A DNA stretch of 64,000 nucleotides from Rickettsiales bacterium (GCA_033762715.1 JANRLL010000001.1:96315-160314), one strand, 5' to 3'. Shown: positions 30,659 to 38,142, counted from the first letter of the stretch. A program made the numbers and translations. The notes: generated by a model from the letters alone, not told the origin.

Positions 30659-30728
30659 AAGCAAGTCTCCCGAGTGAGTTTATGCATCTATCTCTTAAGC
30701 CAATCGAATTGGCAAGAATTTTGTACGC

Positions 30729-32384
30729 TTAGCTGCCGCGTTTAGTCGCATCGCGCATCTCGCCCAAGCGCCCTGCCATGCGGCGAAGTGAGCGGCTGCA
30801 ATCGTCACGCGGTATCATCACTTCAATCACATACATCTCATTCGAGGCGGCGGCTTCTTTCAGCGTTTTTTCCAGCTCGCCTTTGGTGGTCACGCGCACG
30901 CCTTTACCGTAGCCTAGCAGGTCGGTGAGTTTGGTGTAGTGCCATTGATGAATATTGTTGAACGGCCCATCGATGATGTGACGTTGCGTGCCATAGCCAT
31001 CATTATTTAAAATGCAGACGATGGGACTCATTTTATATTTCGCGCAGGTGGAAAGTTCGATGCCGGTCATTTGAAATGCGCCATCACCCACCAGGCAATA
31101 CACCCGCGAGCTAGGATTAGCCACCATTGCGCCAATTGCTGCGGGCACGGCAAAACCCATCGACAGGTAGTAAGCATCGGCTAGGAAATTACTTTGCTGC
31201 GTCGTGCGCAAACCGATCGCGCCTAAAAGCGCATCGCCGGTGTCGCATACCACGGTTGCATCCTTGGCAATTTGCATGCCGAGTATATTGAAGAAAGAAT
31301 CGGAATCCAGCGGCAGCTTACGATCCGCATCGGTGAGGGGATGGGTCTCGCGGTGGTGGTATGGATTTTTGAAAGTCTTTTTCGCAATCGAACTTTTACG
31401 CAGGCCCTCGATAAAATCTTTGAATAAGACCTGCTCATAACTATGCAAGCCGACACTGACTTTTTCGGTGTTGGCGAGCATGGTGTTTTTGCGGCTGAGC
31501 TTGGCGGTGTTCATGCCCATGAACACGTCGGATAAAAACGCGCCGAGCAAAATCACGCAGTCGCTGCTTTCGACATATTCCTGGGTTTCTTGTTCGGATA
31601 AACCACCACTATAGACACCGATATAAAGCGGGTTGGTTTCAGGAATCACGCTTTTAGACAACAAGGTGGCAGCAATCGGAATATTGAAGGTTTCCGCCAT
31701 TTCCACCGCGATATGGGTCAGGCCATGACGATGCAATTCGACGTCGGCAACGATCACTGGTTTTTTAGCTTTATTGATCAGCTCTACAGCTTCGCTGAGT
31801 GCTGCTTCCAGATTTTCAGGATCGCTTTCCGGTGCTGGGATATTTTTGATGGTTGGCAATTTGATCGGCATATCGACCACGTCATACGGAATCTCGATAT
31901 AGCCTGGGCGGCATTGCGCTTTCATGGTGGTCACCACGCGAATGATTTCTTCCGCGGCGGTGTCTGGATCCATGAGTACGGTCGAGGCGCAGGTCACTTC
32001 ATCATAGATGCGTTGCTGCGAATCGAAGGTGCGTACTTTATGATGCAACAGCGGATCGCGTCTGCGCTCGCTAGGCGAGGGGCCGCCGGAGATGACCAGC
32101 ACCGGACTTTTTTCAGCGTAAGCGCAGGCAATGGAATTGAGCATGTTAAGCCCACCCACACAATAGGTCACTACCGCCACACCCAGCCCGTGAATGCGCG
32201 CATAGCCGTCAGCAGCAAAACCCACCGAGGGTTCATGCGTCAGCGTATAGAGTTTAACCTGGGAGTTTTCCAGCCAGCGAAACGTCGGTAGCGCGAAATC
32301 GCCAGGAATACCAAACGCGTGATGTGCACCTTGGCTGTAGAGATAATCAAATAGGAAAGAACCGACGGTGGGATGCGTGGACAT
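30729..32384 (-). CDS. Thiamine-diphosphate-dependent alpha-keto-acid decarboxylase (indolepyruvate/phenylpyruvate/pyruvate decarboxylase family)
   Basis: 551 aa: TVGSFLFDYLYSQGAHHAFGIPGDF, and the TPP motif GDGAFQMTGIELST...NNDGY. Confidence 0.88.
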   Translation of the reverse strand: MSTHPTVGSFLFDYLYSQGAHHAFGIPGDFALPTFRWLENSQVKLYTLTHEPSVGFAADGYARIHGLGVAVVTYCVGGLNMLNSIACAYAEKSPVLVISGGPSPSERRRDPLLHHKVRTFDSQQRIYDEVTCASTVLMDPDTAAEEIIRVVTTMKAQCRPGYIEIPYDVVDMPIKLPTIKNIPAPESDPENLEAALSEAVELINKAKKPVIVADVELHRHGLTHIAVEMAETFNIPIAATLLSKSVIPETNPLYIGVYSGGLSEQETQEYVESSDCVILLGAFLSDVFMGMNTAKLSRKNTMLANTEKVSVGLHSYEQVLFKDFIEGLRKSSIAKKTFKNPYHHRETHPLTDADRKLPLDSDSFFNILGMQIAKDATVVCDTGDALLGAIGLRTTQQSNFLADAYYLSMGFAVPAAIGAMVANPSSRVYCLVGDGAFQMTGIELSTCAKYKMSPIVCILNNDGYGTQRHIIDGPFNNIHQWHYTKLTDLLGYGKGVRVTTKGELEKTLKEAAASNEMYVIEVMIPRDDCSRSLRRMAGRLGEMRDATKRGS

Positions 32385-32408
32385 AGAAACCCCAATTAAG
32401 AATTAGTA

Positions 32409-33404
32409 TCAGGAAGCATTGCTACCACGCTCTAATTCTACAAGCAATCGTTGTAAATCATCGGCGATGGGGCATTCAAAATGCATGGCTTTCAGGTGGA
32501 TAGGATGGATCAACCCTAGCGCCCTGGCGTGCAATGCCTGGCGATTAAATGCCAGAATAGTTTGTTTGATGGCATTGGGCAAATTACGATAGAGTTTGCC
32601 GGTCATTTTGGCTTTGGCTGAGCCGCCATAGACCGGATCGCCCACCAGCGGGTGTCCGAGATGGGTCAGATGCACACGAATCTGGTGTGTGCGGCCAGTT
32701 TCCAAGCGGCATTCCACCAATGAAAAAGCGCCGTCAAAATAAATCGCGAGGGTTTTAAAATGGGTAGTGGCTTCGCGCCCGCCTTGTTTTAGTACCGCCA
32801 TTTTTTGCCGGTTCTGCGGGGAGCGCCCGATGTTGGCGCTGATCGTGCCCTGCTTGGGCGGTGTACCCCACACCAGGGCATGATAGGTGCGCCTCAAGGT
32901 GCGCTCAGACAGTTGCGCCGATAAATGCGCATGCGCCTTATCATGTTTGGCCACCACCAGCAGTCCGCTCGTATCTTTATCGAGGCGATGGACAATGCCA
33001 GGCCGCGCCACACCGCCAATGCCTGAAAGCGATTCACCGCAATGGGCCAGCAGCGCATTAACCAAAGTCATATCGGGATGCCCTGGCGCCGGATGCACGG
33101 TAAGGCCAGGTGGTTTATTGATAACCAAAATATCGGCGTCTTCGTAGATAATATCGAGCGCAATATCCTGTGCGACCAGATGCGAATGTTCCACCGGCGG
33201 AATGGTCACCGAATAAGTTGTGCCTGCTTTTACTTTATGCGACACATCACCAATCGTGCGCTCGCCCATCGTTACCTGGCCCGATTCAATCAGCGCCTGC
33301 ATGCGGCTTCGCGAAAAATCGGGCAAGCGCGCCGATAAAAATTTATCGAGCCGTTGGCCCACATCAGTTTCGTGTGCGATAATATGGTGAGTTTCATCAG
33401 ACAT
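32409..33404 (-). CDS. rluD: 23S rRNA pseudouridine synthase, RluD family
   Basis: S4 domain (QRLDKFLSARL) and catalytic HRLDKDTSGLLVVAK. Start placed at MSDETHH (ATG 33404); the track ORF is 74 codons longer. Confidence 0.9.
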   Translation of the reverse strand: MSDETHHIIAHETDVGQRLDKFLSARLPDFSRSRMQALIESGQVTMGERTIGDVSHKVKAGTTYSVTIPPVEHSHLVAQDIALDIIYEDADILVINKPPGLTVHPAPGHPDMTLVNALLAHCGESLSGIGGVARPGIVHRLDKDTSGLLVVAKHDKAHAHLSAQLSERTLRRTYHALVWGTPPKQGTISANIGRSPQNRQKMAVLKQGGREATTHFKTLAIYFDGAFSLVECRLETGRTHQIRVHLTHLGHPLVGDPVYGGSAKAKMTGKLYRNLPNAIKQTILAFNRQALHARALGLIHPIHLKAMHFECPIADDLQRLLVELERGSNAS

Positions 33405-33492
33405 TCGGCGAGTATAACGTAAAGGTTTGGTAATCCAACAGGTTAATAAATTTTTACGTTTTGGGGTGAAATTCATTGGAATTGGGATTAAG

Positions 33493-34614
33493 ATGCCCCG
33501 CATGGCAGAGGAAAATCCCAAACAGGACAAACCGCCTTTCTGGAAAAGAAAACTGTCCAAGAAAGCAGCCGGTGCTATAGCCGGTGCTGCAATAGTGGGT
33601 GCTGTTGCTGTCCCTCGCCAGATCAATTATAATTACCATCATGCGGATGGCGCTGATACCGGCAATGTGAGTATGCGCGGTGGGCGTGTGCTGGATGATA
33701 GCCCGCGCTTTTTCGAAAAATTATTTGAGAATAACAGTGTCGTGGTTGTCACCGATACCGACCATAGCGATGTGCGCTCTCTCAACTGGATGAATGCTGC
33801 GCTCACCGATATGCCTCGAGGCAGTGTTGATGCCGTGGCATTTGAATTTGCGTCGCCCACTGTCATTGAAAATACATTGGAGCACGGCGCGCACTATACC
33901 AGTATTTGGGATCGGCCGATTTCGCCCTACGTAAAGCAATTGGATGCTGCCGGAATTGAGGTAGTAGGACTTGATGAAGAGCATGGCGTTAAAAGAATAG
34001 TAGAAAAAGATATACAAGATCAGCTACATGAGCCTACCGCTTCGCATGACGCACCAACCACACAAACCGTTCAATCATCTCCCGTCAAAAGACGATTCGT
34101 ATTGCCTAACCATGCGCATCCAGGTGGGCCGTTTGAAGAATCGCTCAATAAGCTCTATCAGATGCGGGAAGCGCCTTCCTTTACTGTCTATGTGGGCGAC
34201 GATGCTTTGCAGGCAACGACGACGACCACTCCTCCTCCGTCAGACCATACAAGCCATGCCGAACATGTGAGTGTCAGCAAAGCGCATACGGTTACCTTTA
34301 CGCCGCAAAAGCGGCAACTGGTCGATAATGATCGACGCGAAGCAACAGACCGTTGGGTGGATGAAATTGCTGAGCGTCTTCGTAAAAATCCGAACGCGAA
34401 AATAGTGGTCTATGCGGGTGATGCGCATGCTAGTGGTTTGCTATCAGAAGCTCGCCAAGATTTGGATGAAAAGTTGGGCATCCGTTTGCGCGAAATGGGT
34501 ATCGAAAAACCAGGCGTGGTGTATGTACGCACCAAAGCGCATCCTACCGTTGGCCACAAAACGGAAATCTGGGAAGGCGAGCGCACGCCACCATCAAAAG
34601 GCCATCAGCACTAG
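33493..34614 (+). CDS. Hypothetical membrane-anchored protein (basic head, one TM helix, two globular regions joined by a Thr/Pro/His-rich linker)
   Basis: TM helix AAGAIAGAAIVGAVAV and linker ATTTTTPPPSDHTSHAEH. No family assigned with confidence. The start is uncertain: 33493, or 33502; the track start at 33427 seems too close to the divergent rluD. Confidence 0.6.
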   Translation: MPRMAEENPKQDKPPFWKRKLSKKAAGAIAGAAIVGAVAVPRQINYNYHHADGADTGNVSMRGGRVLDDSPRFFEKLFENNSVVVVTDTDHSDVRSLNWMNAALTDMPRGSVDAVAFEFASPTVIENTLEHGAHYTSIWDRPISPYVKQLDAAGIEVVGLDEEHGVKRIVEKDIQDQLHEPTASHDAPTTQTVQSSPVKRRFVLPNHAHPGGPFEESLNKLYQMREAPSFTVYVGDDALQATTTTTPPPSDHTSHAEHVSVSKAHTVTFTPQKRQLVDNDRREATDRWVDEIAERLRKNPNAKIVVYAGDAHASGLLSEARQDLDEKLGIRLREMGIEKPGVVYVRTKAHPTVGHKTEIWEGERTPPSKGHQH

Positions 34615-34648
34615 TTTTCAGCGCTGCCACAAACCTGTCACATACGGC

Positions 34649-34692
34649 GTCACAGAAGCTTCATTTGTCTATCGCACCCATCGGTTTATGAT
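34649..34692 (+). promoter_or_regulatory. Putative promoter with shared box, copy 1
   Basis: Box GTCACAGAAGCTTCATTTGTCT (34649-34670). Its TTGTCT acts as the -35, then a 16-nt spacer, then TATGAT (34687-34692). GAGAGGA and ATG 34714 follow. Confidence 0.5.
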
Positions 34693-34713
34693 GAAAGGTG
34701 AGAGGATAGGCAT

Positions 34714-35187
34714 ATGAGAAAAGCACAGGCATATGGGATAGTACAAGCGCCGCTGGTTGAGCCGGTGGTGGCGTTGAGACTGCATGACGTGGCAAAGAAA
34801 GTCAGTGATACGAATACCGACATTGAACAAGCTAATGCCCTTGCCAAAGCCAGCCATCTCGAAGAAGCCGTGCCGCTGGTGACGGATAATCCCGAAAGCC
34901 CAATGGCCAACCTTTCCGATATTATGGCTAAAACCGAAGCTGGCAGCCGTGATGCGGCGGCTCTCGAAGCGAAGGTGATGCAAAAAACAATGCTGGAGCC
35001 GTTGGAAGATGGATCGGTCCTTACCATGCTCTCTTCGGCCCTGGCAGCGGTCGGTGGCATTTTCAAGGAACATGGCGTGTGTAGTGGCGGCTCAGTGCAT
35101 GAGCGCGATTTATGCCAACCGCTGGTCACATCCGGCCTATGGGCAGCTCGTTTGCCGCAAACCCAAGGAATGCAGGTCGTGGCATGA
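34714..35187 (+). CDS. Hypothetical acidic protein
   Basis: 157-aa ORF with SD GAGAGGA 8 nt upstream of the ATG, preceded by the shared promoter box. The antisense ORFs over the same DNA are Ser/Cys/Thr/His-rich and look like junk. Confidence 0.5.
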   Translation: MRKAQAYGIVQAPLVEPVVALRLHDVAKKVSDTNTDIEQANALAKASHLEEAVPLVTDNPESPMANLSDIMAKTEAGSRDAAALEAKVMQKTMLEPLEDGSVLTMLSSALAAVGGIFKEHGVCSGGSVHERDLCQPLVTSGLWAARLPQTQGMQVVA

Positions 35188-35247
35188 AAATTAAAACATT
35201 GATTTATAATATTATTTTTTATCTTAACGCAAAAGCAATGGTTTTTT

Positions 35248-35292
35248 GTCACAAAAGCTTAATTTGTGTTTCAAACCCGTGCATGGGATACT
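35248..35292 (+). promoter_or_regulatory. Putative promoter with shared box, copy 2
   Basis: Box GTCACAAAAGCTTAATTTGTGT (35248-35269). TTGTGT acts as the -35, then a 17-nt spacer, then GATACT (35287-35292). Confidence 0.5.
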
Positions 35293-35330
35293 AACACTAG
35301 AGACAAAGATTTTTTTTGAATGAGGACGTT

Positions 35331-35852
35331 ATGGGCGACAATGTAAAAGATCCCGCTTTGAAGAACTTCAGCCGCACTGGCGAGTATGTGAAACATACGT
35401 TCAAAAGCGCGCTGAATGGCGCGATCAAAGGCGCGTTGATTGTAGGCGCATTGGCCTTGATCCCTCTGGCCCTGGGCCCTGGTTTGATTGGCGGTGCGGT
35501 AGGTACGTTGCTCTCCTTCGTGGGCTTGAATACGGCAGGTGCGGCAACCGCTGGGTTTTTCTCGGCTAAAGTGCTGGGCGCCGCGTTTGGTGCTGCGATG
35601 TTTGGTGCAAAAGTTGGTGCTGTCGTAGGCGGTGCTACTGGCCTGATGGGCGCAGAAGATGCGGTGGATGAGGCGGAAGCACGTGCGGTGGACCGTACGC
35701 AACGTGCGCAGATGCGCTCGGTAAATAGCGAAATGATGGGTATGCGTGTGGCGCAAATGCGTGCTGCGGCCTTGGGCGGCGGTATGGTGGCTCCTGGCCA
35801 TGGTATTGGCGGCATGGGAATGGGCCAACAAGAGGGCATGGGGCTCGCATAA
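35331..35852 (+). CDS. Glycine-zipper integral membrane protein with a Met/Gly/Gln-rich C-terminal tail (paralog 1)
   Basis: First ATG at 35331, with GAGGA upstream; the track starts at TTG 35316. Zipper region GALIVGALALIPLALGPGLIGGAVGTLLSFVGLNTAGAATAGFFSAKVLGAAFGAAMFGAKVGAVVGGATGLMGA. Tail ...SEMMGMRVAQMRAAALGGGMVAPGHGIGGMGMGQQEGMGLA. Confidence 0.65.
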   Translation: MGDNVKDPALKNFSRTGEYVKHTFKSALNGAIKGALIVGALALIPLALGPGLIGGAVGTLLSFVGLNTAGAATAGFFSAKVLGAAFGAAMFGAKVGAVVGGATGLMGAEDAVDEAEARAVDRTQRAQMRSVNSEMMGMRVAQMRAAALGGGMVAPGHGIGGMGMGQQEGMGLA

Positions 35853-35881
35853 CCCTAGGATTTTGGCGATTGTCATAAAAG

Positions 35882-35925
35882 CTTCACTTGTTTGATTGAC
35901 GTAATCTGCCATAATGTGAGCATGT
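35882..35925 (+). promoter_or_regulatory. Putative promoter with shared box, copy 3
   Basis: Box GTCATAAAAGCTTCACTTGTTT (35882-35903). TTGTTT acts as the -35, then a 16-nt spacer, then CATAAT (35920-35925). Confidence 0.5.
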
Positions 35926-35963
35926 AGGGCCAAGCTATTGGCTAGATTGAAAAAAGGTGAGTT

Positions 35964-36539
35964 ATGGCAAAACCAATAGATCATGATTTCGACAGCAAGG
36001 TCGCAACGGCCGGCATTGAAGTCGCAAAAGGCAGTTTGTTGGGTATTGTTGGCGCTGGTTTGTTGACGGCAGCCACTTTGGTATTTGGCGTTGGTATGTT
36101 GGGCGCTGTGGCTAGCTTTGTGGGATTGGGTTCTTTTACCGGTGCTGCAGCGGCTATGATGACCGGCCCTGGCGCATTGATTACGCTTGCTAGCGGTATT
36201 GCAGGCGCATTTGGATTTGGTGGTGCGGGCGCATTGATCGGTGGCACTTACGGCCTGGCGAAAGCAGGCGGTAAAATTAATAGAGAAAGCCAAGCCTATC
36301 AGGATCGCGTGCAAGGTCAGATGGCATCGGTACAGAACACCGCGATGATGGCAATGCAGCAAGGCTATGAAATGGGCATGCAGGATGGCCAACAAAAAAT
36401 CGTAGCGGATCTTCAGCAAATGCATGCGCAAATGTTGCAAAAAGAAATGCTCGGCGCATCGGCTGAAAAAGGTAAATTCGCTAAAGGTATTGAACAGCAA
36501 CGTGAAGCCCATGCTGCGGCAGGGCCACAACTGGCATAG
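35964..36539 (+). CDS. Glycine-zipper integral membrane protein with a Met/Gln-rich helical tail (paralog 2)
   Basis: 191 aa with AAGGTGAG upstream of the ATG. Zipper region GSLLGIVGAGLLTAATLVFGVGMLGAVASFVGLGSFTGAAAAMMTGPGALITLASGIAGAFGFGGAGALIGGTYGL. Tail ...NTAMMAMQQGYEMGMQDGQQKIVADLQQMHAQMLQKEML. Confidence 0.65.
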   Translation: MAKPIDHDFDSKVATAGIEVAKGSLLGIVGAGLLTAATLVFGVGMLGAVASFVGLGSFTGAAAAMMTGPGALITLASGIAGAFGFGGAGALIGGTYGLAKAGGKINRESQAYQDRVQGQMASVQNTAMMAMQQGYEMGMQDGQQKIVADLQQMHAQMLQKEMLGASAEKGKFAKGIEQQREAHAAAGPQLA

Positions 36540-36557
36540 TTGAATAGTTGAGTAGAT

Positions 36558-37025
36558 ATGGCAAACATCGTCGGTAAAGTAACAGAAGCACTCTGCACAG
36601 GGGTCCACAAAACGGCGGGCCTGGTGGGCATTAATACGCGTTCTGGCGGTAGCCTGATTACCACCCCCGTCAATGGCGCGGTGATGGAAGATGCAATGTT
36701 TTATACCAAAAAGGCAATTGGCAGCGGCACCAAGAAGGTACTGGTTGCCGGTGCTGCCTTGGCGGCGGTTGCGGGTCTTGCTGTTTTGGCTAGCGGCTCG
36801 CGTAAAGCAAAAACTTATAAAGAACAAGATGTTGAAGTTGTGCCTCCTATGATGGCATTCAACAATGCCAGCGCTGAAATGGGCCCTGCTGATGGCCATG
36901 AAGCCGGCAAATGGCAACAAATGGTCATGGCGAGCCGTGGCATGGGTGGCCGTGCCGCAAACCCGCGTATGAGCGTCGTTCCTGACGAAGCGGTTGCCGA
37001 TCTTAACGCCCGCGGGCTGAGCTAA
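36558..37025 (+). CDS. Hypothetical single-pass membrane protein, probably co-transcribed with the preceding gene
   Basis: 155 aa, starting 18 nt after the upstream stop. TM helix VLVAGAALAAVAGLAVLA. Met-rich C-terminal half (VPPMMAF, GKWQQMVMASRGMGG). Confidence 0.55.
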   Translation: MANIVGKVTEALCTGVHKTAGLVGINTRSGGSLITTPVNGAVMEDAMFYTKKAIGSGTKKVLVAGAALAAVAGLAVLASGSRKAKTYKEQDVEVVPPMMAFNNASAEMGPADGHEAGKWQQMVMASRGMGGRAANPRMSVVPDEAVADLNARGLS

Positions 37026-37057
37026 ATTTTTTAGCCTATTTTTTGCTCGAAACTTCA

Positions 37058-37085
37058 TTGACAGCTCAGTTTTTATCGTTATATT
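37058..37085 (+). promoter_or_regulatory. Putative sigma70-type promoter of rpsD
   Basis: TTGACA (37058-37063), a 16-nt spacer, then TATATT (37080-37085), about 68 nt upstream of the rpsD start. Confidence 0.55.
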
Positions 37086-37152
37086 CGCAGTCCCTTTACT
37101 AATAACGTGACTTCCGCGCTGGTGCGGTAGTGCAACTAAATAGGAATGCGAC

Positions 37153-37773
37153 GTGACGAAACGTACTAATTGCAAATATAAGATCAGCCGCCGCCTGGGC
37201 GTGAGCCTTTGGGGCAATGCTAAAGATCCTTTCAACAAACGCGGCTATGCACCTGGTCAACATGGCGCAGCTGGTAAGCGCAAAAAAAGCTCCGACTACG
37301 GTACGCAGTTGCGTGAGAAACAAAAACTCAAAGGCTATTACGGCAATATCAACGAACGTCAATTCCGCCGTATTTATCAGGAAGCCGCACGCCGTAGAGG
37401 CGATACCGGCGAAAACCTGATCGCCATCTTAGAGAGCCGCCTAGACACCGTTATCTACCGCATGGGTGTGGTAGCTACTCCGTTTGCCGCTCGTCAATTC
37501 GTAAGCCACGGCCACGTAAAAGTGAACGGTCGTCGCGTGAACATCCCTAGCTTCCAAGTAAGCGAAGGCGATGTGATCGAATTGCGCGAAAAATCACGTC
37601 AGATCGCTAACGTTATCGAGTTGGTACAAAATCCAGACCGTAGCGTGCCTGACTATATCGAATTCGATAACGCTGAAATGAAAGCGAAGTTCGTACGTGC
37701 ACCGAAATTGGCAGAAGTGCCATATCCGGTGGTTATGGAGCCTAACTTCGTGATCGAGTTTTACTCGCGCTAG
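37153..37773 (+). CDS. rpsD: 30S ribosomal protein S4
   Basis: 206 aa: [14 protein letters not shown]...[16 protein letters not shown] start. Confidence 0.95.
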   Translation: MTKRTNCKYKISRRLGVSLWGNAKDPFNKRGYAPGQHGAAGKRKKSSDYGTQLREKQKLKGYYGNINERQFRRIYQEAARRRGDTGENLIAILESRLDTVIYRMGVVATPFAARQFVSHGHVKVNGRRVNIPSFQVSEGDVIELREKSRQIANVIELVQNPDRSVPDYIEFDNAEMKAKFVRAPKLAEVPYPVVMEPNFVIEFYSR

Positions 37774-37801
37774 TTATCGACTCCGTTTCGTCATTCCAAA
37801 A

Positions 37802-37827
37802 GAGCCGCTTTATGCGGCTCTTTTTTT
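37802..37827 (+). terminator. Intrinsic terminator of rpsD
   Basis: Stem GAGCCGC (37802-37808), loop TTTAT, stem GCGGCTC (37814-37820), then T7 run 37821-37827. Confidence 0.75.
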
Positions 37828-37846
37828 ATCCGCCGTTTGGTTTCTA

Positions 37847-37918
37847 CCCGCTTTGAAGCGGTTTCAGACCGCTTTGTCCCCGCTTTAACCCCGCTTTTGA
37901 CCGCTCTGCACCCGCTTT
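37847..37918 (+). repeat. Array of seven CCGCTTT-type heptamers spaced 10-11 bp apart
   Basis: Copies start at 37848 (CCGCTTT), 37858 (GCGGTTT), 37869 (CCGCTTT), 37880 (CCGCTTT), 37891 (CCGCTTT), 37901 (CCGCTCT) and 37912 (CCGCTTT). Confidence 0.7.
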
Positions 37919-38142
37919 GTTCCGGTCATATTTCTTCTCTTTCAGGCGTTTACGCCGTTTTTGCCGGATTTTTCAGGAAAAAGGTGACAAAAAATGACCC
38001 AATCCATGCGGACACCCAGCTAAAAACCCACCCAATCCCATCCTCCTTCCGTCTGGTTTTTGGGATAAGCCGCTTATAAATGCTCGCCTAAAAATGGCTG
38101 TCACGGAAGGGGTTAAGGCGCATTCTTATCCCAAAACATTGC

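Noticed and set aside
34669-35252. Minus-strand ORFs of 134 and 188 aa covering the 157-aa plus-strand ORF.
   Set aside because: Their translations are Ser/Cys/Thr/His-rich and junk-like, with no SD. The plus-strand ORF has a GAGAGGA SD and the shared promoter box. Confidence in the plus-strand ORF is still only moderate.
35297-36247. Pro/Ala-rich minus-strand ORFs (35297-35839, 35981-36247) opposite the glycine-zipper genes.
   Set aside because: These are low-complexity mirror images of Gly/Ala codons. They have no start signals and overlap better-supported plus-strand genes.
35271-37238. A 655-aa uninterrupted ORF on the minus strand, one of the longest in the window. It spans three plus-strand ORFs, their spacers and the rpsD start.
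   Set aside because: The translation is His/Cys/Arg/Thr-rich with no recognisable motif, hydrophobic core or start context. It runs through promoter-like and SD-containing spacers and into rpsD. The plus-strand frames have SD sequences, promoters and coherent membrane-protein architecture. An open antisense frame is expected opposite GCN/GGN-rich (Ala/Gly) coding sequence. I treat it as a shadow ORF, though Ribo-seq would settle the question.
37837-38079. An 80-aa ORF across the CCGCTTT array, and the idea that the array is a CRISPR or mini-satellite.
   Set aside because: The ORF has a TTG start, no SD, and a sequence dictated by the repeats. The units are 7 nt with 3-4 nt spacers, far too short for CRISPR repeats and spacers, and there are no cas genes.
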